From Parvularia atlantis (taxonomy: Eukaryota), in the NCBI GenBank assembly GCA_943704415.1, contig CALSCO010000868.1:1-32634 (forward strand): a stretch of 32,634 bases of DNA, given 5' to 3'. The translations under genes and the position numbers were made by a program. The notes beneath the pieces are model-generated. The model did no database searches. It worked only from the letters and a program-made list of their open reading frames with translations, and was not told the DNA's origin. Positions 22,001-31,294 of the stretch are shown here, one piece after another. Every line of letters begins with the position of its first letter. Within the stretch, counting starts at the first letter, position 1.

Positions 22001-25000
22001 TCGTTTGCCGTCTCGGCGCAGCAGGAGCAGCCGTACGCGTTTGTGCTCCAGGGCGCCGACCCCAACACGCCCGCGCTGCCGCTCACGTACTCGATCGTCG
22101 CCGCGCCAACCCTGGGCACGCTCAGCGGCCTCGGCGCGGGCACGGGCCAGGTCACATACACGGGCGCGAGCAACAAGTGGGGCACCGACACGTTCACGTA
22201 CAAGGTCAGCAACGGCTACTACTCGTCGACCGTGGCCGCGGTCACGGTCAACGTGCTCTACGTCAACAAGCCGCCGCTGGCCGCGTCGCTCTCGTTCACG
22301 ACCAACGAGAACACGGCCCTGTCGGCGCAGCTCTCCGCTACCAACATTAACGGGCCGGGCCCGCTGCGCTACATCCTCACGGTGCCGACAACGTCGGGCA
22401 CGGTCGCGGTCAACGACGTGACGGGCCAGTTTACCTACACGCCCAGCACGTACTTTTACGGCACCGACTCGTTCCAGTACAAGGCCTTTGACGGCGTGGG
22501 CTACTCGACCACGGCGGCCAAGGTGACGATCACGGTCGTCAACGTGCACCAGCCGCCGATCCCGACCAGCGCAAGCATCGTCACGCGCGAGGACGTGCCG
22601 TACACGGGCACGCTCGCGTGCTGGGGCCCGGACTCGACCACGTACCGCTTCTACATCACCGCCAGCCGCGTCCTCGGCTCGGTCACGGTCGACCGCCTGA
22701 CGGGCCGGTACACGTACATGCCGCCGCCGGCCTGGTCGGGCGCGGACGAGTTTGCGTTCACGTGCGACGACACGGTCCTGTCGTCGACTGGCCCGGGCAC
22801 GGTCTCGGTCACTGTCACGCACGTCGACCGCGCGCCCGAGGCGCTGGCGCAGACGGTCAACGGCCAGCAGAACCAGGCCGTCTCGGTCACGCTCACGTCG
22901 TACAACCGCGACAACCTGCCCGTGACCTACACCCTGCTCTCGCTCACGACCGTGCGCGGCGGCACGCTCCAACAGACCAGCGTCGGCTCGCCCGCGCTCG
23001 TCTACACACCCCCGAGCCAGTTCTTTGGCACAGACTCGTTCTCGTTCACGTGCAACTCGGGCTCACTCGCCTCGCCCGCGCCGGCGCTCGTCACGCTCCA
23101 GATCGCCCACGTCAATCAGCCGCCGACGGTGAGCCCGCTCGTGCTCTCGATCGCCGTGAGCACGTCGACCATCGTGGCCGTGCCGTCGTCGGACCCGGAC
23201 CTGGTCTGCTGCGATGACACGCTCATGCTCGCGGCCCTGCCAACCGCGGCCATGGGCAACGTCGCCTTCGTGCCCGACCCGCCCGCGGCGTTCTTGTACA
23301 CGGCGCGCACAACGCCGGGCACCGAGACGCTCACGGTGACGGTGCGCGACCGCGAGGGCCTCACGGCCACGACGACGGTGACGATCTACATCACGGGCGC
23401 GTCGGTCGTGCCGCCGGTGATTTCGGACCTCAAGTGGTTCGGCACGGAGGACCAGCAGCTGCGCGACACGCTCGCCTGGGGCATCGTCCGCGCCACGTCC
23501 AACGTGGTTAGCTACACCGTGTCGGGCCTGGACGGGAGCATTGCTGCGCTCGACGCCTCGACCAATGCCGCGACGGGCTTTGTGGCGCTCAACCTGCGCC
23601 AGTACTACTTTGGCACGTTCTCGTTCAAGTACCAGGTGCGCGACGCCAACAACGCCGTGAGCAATGTCGCGACGGTCACGGTGACGATCGACGAATAGTG
23701 CGTGCTCTTTTTGGGCGGCGACGCTTGACTGACTTTTGTGCGCACGCGCAGCCCGTACGCGCCCACGGCGTACCCGCGCACCGTCACGATCAACCAGGAC
23801 ACGACGGCGTCGTTCACGCTGCAGGCGTCGGACGTGAACGGGCACAACAGCTTTGTCTTCTCGGTCGCCTCGACGGGCAACGCGCAGCAGGCGACGATCA
23901 GCCTCGACTCGGCCAGCGGCGCGTGCACGTTCAAGCCGCCCGCGGGCCGACACGACACGTACGTCTTCTATTACCGTGTGTTTAACGGCTTCACGTTCTC
24001 GGCCCCGGCCGCGGTCACGGTCGTGGTCAACAAGGTGTACGCGGCGCCGGTGGCGCAGTCGGCCACATACGAGGCGCCGCAGAACGCGGCCGTGTCGGGC
24101 GTGCTCCCGTGCAGCCAGGTGGACGGCCTGACGCTGAGCTTCGCCTGGGTCGGCGGCCAGCCGCAGGCGCTGCTGGCGCTGGGTGAGCTCGAGAGCAACC
24201 AGATCGAGGGCACGTTCACGCTCACGCCGACGGGCGCGATCTTTGGCACGTTCACGGCGCAGTTCTACTGCTCGGCGCAGACCCCGGCCGGCAGCACGCT
24301 CACGAGCAACACGGGCACGATCACGGTTGTGCTCACGTACGTCAACAAGCCGCCGACCGCGTTCGACCTGCCGCTGTCGTGGCCGCAGGCGACCTACCTC
24401 AACGCGGCGACCTACTCGGCGCGCGTGACAGCGCTCGACCCGCAGGACGGCGCCAACCTGCGCGCGTTTGTGCAAAACAGCGACCCGAGCTACGGCGCGC
24501 TCTCGTTCGCTTCCGACGGCACGTTTGACTACGCCCCCGCGATCAACTACGTCGGCCAGGACAGCTTCACATTCTACGCGCTCGACGTCGAGGGCCTCCA
24601 GTCCAACGTCGCCACGGTGACGATCACGCTCCTGGCCGTGCGCGTGCCGCCGCTGGCGCGCGTGGTCACAGTCAACGTGGACGAGGACTCGTCGGTCGAG
24701 GGCCAGCTCGAGGGCGTGTCGGCCTACCCAGACAGCGTCACATACACAATCAAGGTCGCGCCCGTGTACGGCACACTCGACCTGCTCGACGCGAGCGCCG
24801 GCACGTTCCGCTACACCCCGCGCGCACTCTACCACGGCAGCGACTTTGCGGCGTACACGGTCACGGACAGCGACGGGTCGACCGTGCTCGAGTCGTCGAT
24901 CGCGTCGGTGGCGATCCAGGTGGCCCACATCAACCACGCGCCGGTCGCGCGCAACTTTAGCATCACCGCGACGGCCGGCGTCAACTACGTGGGCGAGTGG

Positions 25001-25672
25001 GACGGCTCGGACGTGGACGCGGGCGACGTGCTGACGGGCGTGCCTGTGGCGAGCGCGACGACGGCGGGCACGGCTTCGACCGAGAGCGGCCTCGCGTTCA
25101 CGTACCTGCACCCGGCCACAGCCGCGGCGACGACAGACGTGGTCGCTTTCTACGTGCAGGACCAGACCGGCACGACGTCGGACGTGGCCTACATGACCGT
25201 GACGGTGCTGGCGGCGCCGCCGGTCGCGCCCACGATGGGCGAGAGCAACAACAACACGACCGGCACCAACATTGCCGGCGCGGCCGTGGGCGCCGTGCTC
25301 GCGGCGCTCGTGCTCGTGGCCCTGGCCGCGCTCGCCTGGTACCGCTACCGCGAGGCCTACGCCGTGTCGAGCTTCCAGAAGGAGGCGATGGTCGCCGCGG
25401 CCAACATGTCCAACTCGAACCCGCTCTACGTCGGCATGACCAACGAGTTTGTGTCGCCGCTCTACCAGGACCCGTCGAGCAACCGCGACCACATCTGGGA
25501 GCGCCAGCCGTCGGCAGGCACGGTCCGCCAGGCGCCCACGGGCACAGTCGAGGACCTCTACCGCGATGCGCCCACGCACGGCGGCGCCGCCCGCGGCTCG
25601 CAAGGCTTTGTCGGCGCGCGCTCGCTCCAGCAAGAGACGTTCTTAAACCCGCTCTTTGCGAGCGACGACTGA
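10043..25672 (+). CDS. Giant type I membrane adhesion receptor (~5,103 aa, 5 exons) with bacterial-type Ig/cadherin-like repeats and an integrin-beta/Sib-like NPxY tail
   Basis: Signal peptide MRLAPLVFVALLGAAAAATSASA. Introns 10173-10242, 10461-10526, 11947-12074 and 23698-23751 join four separately called ORFs into 15,312 nt of continuous frame. Modules: choice-of-anchor-L-like, TSP3-like, golvesin-like, EGF-like, about 30-35 Ig-like repeats, a TM helix at 25271-25339, and a tail with NPLY, SPLY and NPLF. Confidence 0.88.
14490..25210 (+). repeat. Tandem array of roughly 30-35 diverged ~95-125-aa Ig-like (Big_9/tandem-95/cadherin-like) protein repeats
   Basis: Recurring VNQAPxF/VNHAPTA linkers, YTPxxNWYGxDxFxY cores and D[ND]GGTANGGVD loops. 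Confidence 0.85.
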
Positions 25673-26487
25673 GCCACCACCATACACCTGTTCTGTTTCG
25701 TTCTTTTGTTCCCTGTTTCGTTCACATGGTCAAAACAGCAGCACTCAAGTGCACGTCACGGTAGCGAGTGGTCGCAGCGATGGTTCTGAGGGACGCAGTT
25801 GAAGAGCCGTCGGCAGTGAGGCGCACTGCCCTATTCAGTTCAAGTTGGCGCCAAAGCAGCCGACGAGCAGAGAACCGTCGTCCAGCGCGCACACACACCA
25901 AGACGATTCGCAGTTGATCGTTTGCTCCATCATGATCACGCCTGCAGTGCCTCGCAGCATGAGCTTGTTCAGGTTGAACAGGAAAACCCAGACTAGGCGC
26001 CACGGCAAGGCCGTACGGGCCCGCCTGACGTCGCCACGCTGCGCAAAACTGCAGACGCGTGATTCTCAGGCTGGTCCGCCACCGTGACGACCAGCTGCCA
26101 GTGGCCGTGGCCGGTGAAACTGCAGCCTCAGGCTGCCCGTGAGCGATAGGGCCCGGGCCGTGCAAACTGTCCAGCTGCATTCAGGTTGCCACTTGTGCCG
26201 TTCCCGATCGTGGGCACGGGCTGGCCGAGCGTGCGGTAGTCGCGCGTCGGTCGAGCGGGTGCGGCGCAGGTCTCTTGCCGCTCCCAGTTGCCCGACCGAC
26301 AGACGTATAAGACTTCGTGGTTCGTAAGCGACGGAAGACACACAACACAGGGGGTGGGGCACAAGGCCGAGATGGCTGAGGTAAGCGGGTGAGGTAAGAC
26401 GATGACAAGAGATGACAGACGGCAGTCGACAAAAGTGACACTCATCAGCCATGCAGTGCACCTGTTTGGCACCACGGGACGCACAGC

Positions 26488-27318
26488 ATGCCCGCGATAG
26501 ATGACGCGATGCGCTGGGCGACACTCGCGGTCGGCTGGGACCAGGGCCGGCGCTACGACCGCGCGCTCGTGGCGTACGACGAGGCGGCCGGGGCGTGCCT
26601 GCGTGCGCTACGCGACGGTGCGTGTGCCGCCGGGCGCGTGCGGGCGGCGGCGGCGGAGAAAAAGGCGCTGAGAAATATGTCCGAAATGCGCCGCCGGTCG
26701 GGACGCGCGCGCGCAGACAGCCTGGACGAGGAGACGCGCGCCGCCGTCCGCGCCAAGGCCAACGAGTACCGCAACCGCGCCGAGCTGCTGCGCTCGCACG
26801 CCGGGAGCGTGGACGTGTCGCGGCCGGCGCGTGCGCCACTGCTTGACGTGGACGCGTTCGAGTTCGACAACCCGCTCGACGTGACCGTGACGGACCAGGT
26901 CGTGGCGACCGCCCTCGCCTCGTTCGCGCACCTGCGCAGCAGCGGCGTGCTGGACGCCGTCGTGCGCTCGGCCGCGCTCGCCGTCGAGCTGTGCCGCATC
27001 GTCGACGCGCGGCTCGGCATCAGCGCGGCCGTGGGCGACGCGCTGCGCCGGTGGCTCCCGTTCGGGTCGGACGGCAGCGGGAGCAGCGGGAGCAGCAGCC
27101 GCAACCGGCGCATCACGGCCGAGTTTGTTGCGGGCTCGCCCGCGGCGCACTACGCGGACCCGGCGCCGTCGCCTGTCGAGCAGCCGCACGACCCGCCGCC
27201 CGCGTCGGTCGCGCCTGGGCTGATGTCGTGGTCGTCCTCGTCGTCGTCGTCGGCACGTACGTCGTGGGCCGAGGCAGCGACGCCACCGCACAGCGCAGGT
27301 GCGACGGCGTGGCGGTGA
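26488..27318 (+). CDS. MIT-domain protein (N-terminal three-helix MIT), 2 exons
   Basis: AIDDAMRWATLAVGWDQGRRYDRALVAYDEA...AVRAKANEYRNRAELLR fits the MIT pattern (AvxxD, AxxxY, KxxxYxxRAExL) once the in-frame GTGCGT...GCAG intron 26618-26716 is removed. Confidence 0.8.
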   Translation: MPAIDDAMRWATLAVGWDQGRRYDRALVAYDEAAGACLRALRDGACAAGRVRAAAAEKKALRNMSEMRRRSGRARADSLDEETRAAVRAKANEYRNRAELLRSHAGSVDVSRPARAPLLDVDAFEFDNPLDVTVTDQVVATALASFAHLRSSGVLDAVVRSAALAVELCRIVDARLGISAAVGDALRRWLPFGSDGSGSSGSSSRNRRITAEFVAGSPAAHYADPAPSPVEQPHDPPPASVAPGLMSWSSSSSSSARTSWAEAATPPHSAGATAWR

Positions 27319-27352
27319 GCAATGTGTGCGATCATGTACAGTGCGTCATTCA

Positions 27353-28508
27353 TCAGCTCGGTGCTGGCTGCTGCGCGCGCCGTGAGCGTGCATGAGCGTG
27401 CGTGAGCGGCACGGCAAGCACGCAAGCGAACGCACGGCAGGGCTGGCGTCGGGTGCGGCGAAGCGCGCAAAGCGGTCGGCGGAGGCCGTGTGGACGAAGT
27501 AGCGAAAGTGCTTGGCGACGTCGAGCGCCGTGAGGCCGGCGTAGGGGCGCGTCAGTCCGACCTGCCCGATCGCCGTGCCGCCCGACAGCACGTAGAAGGC
27601 CGTGCTGAGCACGCTGTCGTCGCGGCTGTAGTAGACGAAGGTGCGGTGTCGCGCGAGGCCGTCGAGCATTACCGTGCACTCGCTCTGCGCGCGGCGCCGT
27701 GCTGCGTGAGTAGTCGTTGGTGCGCGTCCTGGCGTCCCCACACCTCGCGCATCGCAGCGGCGTTGAGATGCAGCACGTCTGGGCGCTCGGCCGGTGTCAT
27801 CGCCGCGACGGCGACGATGGCGTGGCGGCAGCCGAGCGAGTGCGCGACGAGGCGGACGCGGTCGTGGCGGGTGCGCAGCGTGAGCAGGTGCTGCGCAAGG
27901 TCGTCGGCCTGCTCGTGCGCGTAGTGCGTTGCGAGCCAGTACTGGTACGCGAGTCGTCCTTGCGGCGTGCACGCGAGCGATCAGCAGCAGCAGCAGTAGC
28001 GGCGGCAGCAGGCGGGTCGCGCGCGCACCTGCGATCTGCACCAGGTCTGCGCCGGCGACGCCCGCGAGCGCCGCGGGAGTGGCCCAGCGCAGCGGCGTGC
28101 GGCGCAGGGCGAGCAGCAGGCCCGAGGCGATGGTGGCGACGGGCAGCGGGAAGGCCGAGAGCGAGTTGAAGACGCCCGACTGCCACGTGTGGCCTGCGCG
28201 CGCGAGCTCGTCGTGAGCACGCGCCGCGAACGGCGGACGACGACGCGGACCGGCGCAGAGCGGGCCCCAGCGGTGCGTCTCGAGCAGTGCCAGCTGCATG
28301 TGCGCGCGGAACCACGCCGCGAACGACTCGTGCGTCTCGCCCTGGGCCAGGAAGCCCTGCGCCGCGCCCGTCAAACCCTCGCAGCCGGACGCAGCCGGAC
28401 GGGCGGACGATGGCGCGCCTTGATGTAGACCGTCGCCTCGCGCTCGGCGTCGGCCGCGGCACGCGTCAGCACCGTGTAGGGCGGCGCGACCACCCGCGCC
28501 GTCCGCAT
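27353..28508 (-). CDS. DUF726/DUF900-like alpha/beta hydrolase, 6 exons
   Basis: The spliced product contains TVYIK/GFL, GHTWQSG, nucleophile elbow VRLVAHSLGCR, LHLNAAA, VYYSRDDSVL and AIGQVG. Introns: 28357-28418 (GC-AG), 28194-28250, 27959-28028, 27685-27743, 27371-27435. The terminal exons are less certain. Confidence 0.75.
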
Positions 28509-28535
28509 TGGCGGCGCAGATCGAAGCTGACTCGG

Positions 28536-29331
28536 ATGTGCGGTCTGCACTGGACGCTGCGCCTGCTGCGGGACGACACGGACGACGCGGACGACGCGGA
28601 CGACGCGGACGACGCGGACGACGCAGACGACGCAGACGTCGACGTGGAGATGGACCGGCTGCTGCGCCGCCGCGGCCCCGACAGCGCCGCCGTCTGCACC
28701 ATCCGCACGCCCGGCGCGCGCCTCGTCTGTCGCTGCGCCGTGCTCGGCCTCCGCGGGCGCGCGCCCGAGCCGCAGCCGCTGCGCGCCATCGACGGCGACG
28801 GCGACGACGACGGCGACGCGCTCGCGTGGAACGGCGAGGTGCTGGACGGGCCGCTGCTGCCGCGCGACGCCGACGCCAACGACGGCCGCGCCGTGCTCGA
28901 CGCGCTGCGGGCCGCGGACGAAGGCGACGACGAGGGCGGCGTGGCGCGCGTCGTCGCTGCGCTGCGCGGGCCGTGGGCGATGGCCTGGTGGGACGCACGC
29001 CGCGCGCGCCTGTGGTGGGGCCGCGACGCACTCGGCCGCCGCAGCCTGCTCTGGCGCGTCGACGGCGCTGGGCGTGTCCTGCACCTCGCCTCGGTCGGCG
29101 CCGCAGTGCGCGACAATGACGACGGGGACGACGACGGCGAGGGCGACGAGCGCGATCAGCCGGCGGACGTGTGGCGCGAGGTGCCCGCGCACGGCCTGTT
29201 CTACGTCGACGTGCGCGCCGGGATCGACCGCCTCGACAACGCCGTGCGCGTCGTGCGATGGGGCAGCGCCGCCCTGCCGCGGCCGTTCGGCGCCGTCTGC
29301 GTCGACGTGGACGATGCGCCCCCGGGCAACA

Positions 29332-29379
<48 letters not shown>

Positions 29380-30327
29380 TGGACGGTGGCGGAGTGGTGG
29401 TGCTCGACACGTTGGAGCGGCTGCTGGACGACGCCGTGCGCCGCCGCGTGCGCCTCGTCGCGCCTGGCACGCGTGTCGCTGTGCTGTTCTCGGGCGGACT
29501 CGACTCGACCGTGCTCGCGCGCCTTGCCAGCCGACACCTCGCCTCTGACGCGCCGCTCGACCTGCTCAACGTCGCCTTTGCGGACGACGGCCGCTTTGAT
29601 GCCGTGCCGGACCGCGTCACAGCCCGCGCGGCCGTTGCCGAGCTGCGCGCGCTCGACCCGGGGCGCGACTGGCGGCTCGTCACCATCGACGTGACAGGTG
29701 CCGAGGTTGAGGCGGCGCGCGGGCACCTGCGCCGGCTGATCGCGCCGTGCCGCACCGTGCTCGACCTGTCGATCGCCACGGCGCTGTGGTTCGCCGCGCG
29801 CGGCCACGGACGCGTGGACGGCAACGACGCGCCCTACACCAGTCCCGCGCGCGTCGTGCTCTCGGGCATCGGCGCCGACGAGCAGCTTGCGGGCTACAGC
29901 CGGCACTGGGCGCGCTTCCACTCGCACGGCTGGGCCGGCCTGGTGCACGAGGTGCGGCTCGACGTGGAGCGGATCGCGTCGCGCAACCTCGGTGCGCCGC
30001 CGGTCGTCATTCGTTCTCTGGCTGCCTGATGTTGTGTTTTGCGCAGGCCGCGACGACCGCGTCATCTCGGACCACAGCCGCGAGGTCCGCGCGCCGTTCC
30101 TCGACGAGGCCCTGGTCGACTCTCTCAGCGCGCTGCCCGTCTGGCGCAAGGCCGACCTGCGCCTCGCCCGCGGCGTCGGCGACAAGCGTTTGCTGCGGCA
30201 GCTCGCGCTCCGGCTGGGGCTCAACGGCACGGCGGCGGCGCCCAAGCGCGCGATCCAGTTTGGCTCGCGCATCGCCAAGCTCGCCGGGGCACCGCGAGGA
30301 GCGAGGGGCTCGGACGCCGTGTCATGA
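28536..30327 (+). CDS. ASNSD1: Asparagine synthetase domain-containing protein 1 (ASNSD1/YML096W-like), 2 exons
   Basis: Ntn-type start MCGL, then [48 protein letters not shown], spliced RNL/GRDDR (intron 29992-30046) and [10 protein letters not shown]. Confidence 0.93.
28572..28634 (+). repeat. Seven copies of a 9-bp GACGACRCR unit encoding (DDA)n in ASNSD1
   Basis: GACGACACG, then GACGACGCG x4, then GACGACGCA x2. Confidence 0.92.
29334..29378 (+). repeat. (GAC)15 microsatellite encoding poly-Asp in ASNSD1
   Basis: Direct read of the sequence. Confidence 0.95.
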
Positions 30328-30360
30328 CCTCTCGCGCACACAGAGCAATGCGCAACGCAC

Positions 30361-31290
30361 TCACAGCGCCTGCGCAGCCGCCACGCGCTCGCGCCACGCC
30401 ACGAGCTCGTCCGGCGACGCGCTGAGCAGGCGAGGTCAGCCGAGCCAAAGTGCATGCGAGCGCACACGCACCTGCGCGCCGAGTAGCACTGGAAGACGCG
30501 CTCGCGCTGGTCGCTGTTGCGCGCGCGCGTGCCGTTGATGAGCCGGCCGACGACGCGCATGGGCGTGCCAAGCGGGGCAAGCGGGCTGCGCAGGCGGTAG
30601 TCCATTTCGTAGAAGACGCAGGGCAGGACGGCGAGCGCGGCGGCGGGCGTGCCGAGCGACTCGACCAAGGTGAAGCGGCGGCCTACGTTGTCGCCGCCGC
30701 CGTGGTTGCGCTGGACCGAGTGCAGGTGCCCTAGCCGGCGCAGTGAGAATCCACAGAGCGCGCAAGGCACGACGGCGCACCAAAGACCTCGACGGCGGCG
30801 ACAGTCTCGGGCGGGAGCAGCGCGTAGGCGAGGGCCGTGTCGGGCTCGGCGAGGACGCGGGCGATGGTGCGCGGCACGACACGGCCGTCGCGCGCATAGT
30901 TGACGACGTCGACGAGCACGGCTGAGCGCGGTGGCGCGCTGGCGGCGGTGGCGGCGGCGCGCGGCGGCTGCTGGCGGCGGACGGGCGCGGGCGTCGGCGT
31001 CGGCGGCTGCTGCGGCGCGAGGGCGCTGAGGTGCCTGGCCGAGAAGGCGCCGACGTGCGGGCGCAGCTGCCGCATGGGAGCGTGGCGCGTGAGTCGTGGC
31101 GCGGTCGGTGCGGGGCGGCGCGCACCGGCGTCGTGCGGGTCGCGTCGAGCGCGAGGTCGCCGCCGGACGTCTGGGTGAGGACGCGGTTGAGCGGGCGCGG
31201 CGTGCCGTGCGGCGGGCGGGGCGGGCGGCCGTCGTCGAGCGCGTCGTCGGCACCGTCGTCGGCGCGGCGCGGGAGGGCGACGGGGCGCAT
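30361..31290 (-). CDS. SPATA22: SPATA22-like OB-fold protein (putative meiotic ssDNA-binding partner of MEIOB), 4 exons
   Basis: Introns 31067-31125, 30731-30780 and 30422-30471 give VEVFGHLHS...RRFTL...LPCVFYEMDYRL...MRVVGRL...FQCYSARSASPDE. This parallels the SPATA22 C-terminal pattern (FEV...LDS, LPCVFYEIDR, RCVG, FxCVSVRPAS). The N-terminus is low-complexity. Confidence 0.72.
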
Positions 31291-31294
31291 GGGG

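Noticed and set aside
23696..23698. Stop-codon readthrough or pseudogenisation of the giant gene
   Set aside because: The TAG is split by a canonical GTGCGT donor, and a 54-nt intron with a CTGAC branch motif restores the frame.
26420..26450. CTGATGAG on the minus strand as a hammerhead core or snoRNA C box
   Set aside because: No GAAA follows the weak stem, and no nearby CTGA D box with a terminal stem is present.
28572..28634. Short direct repeats as a CRISPR array
   Set aside because: These are spacerless 9-bp coding repeats, and no cas genes are present.
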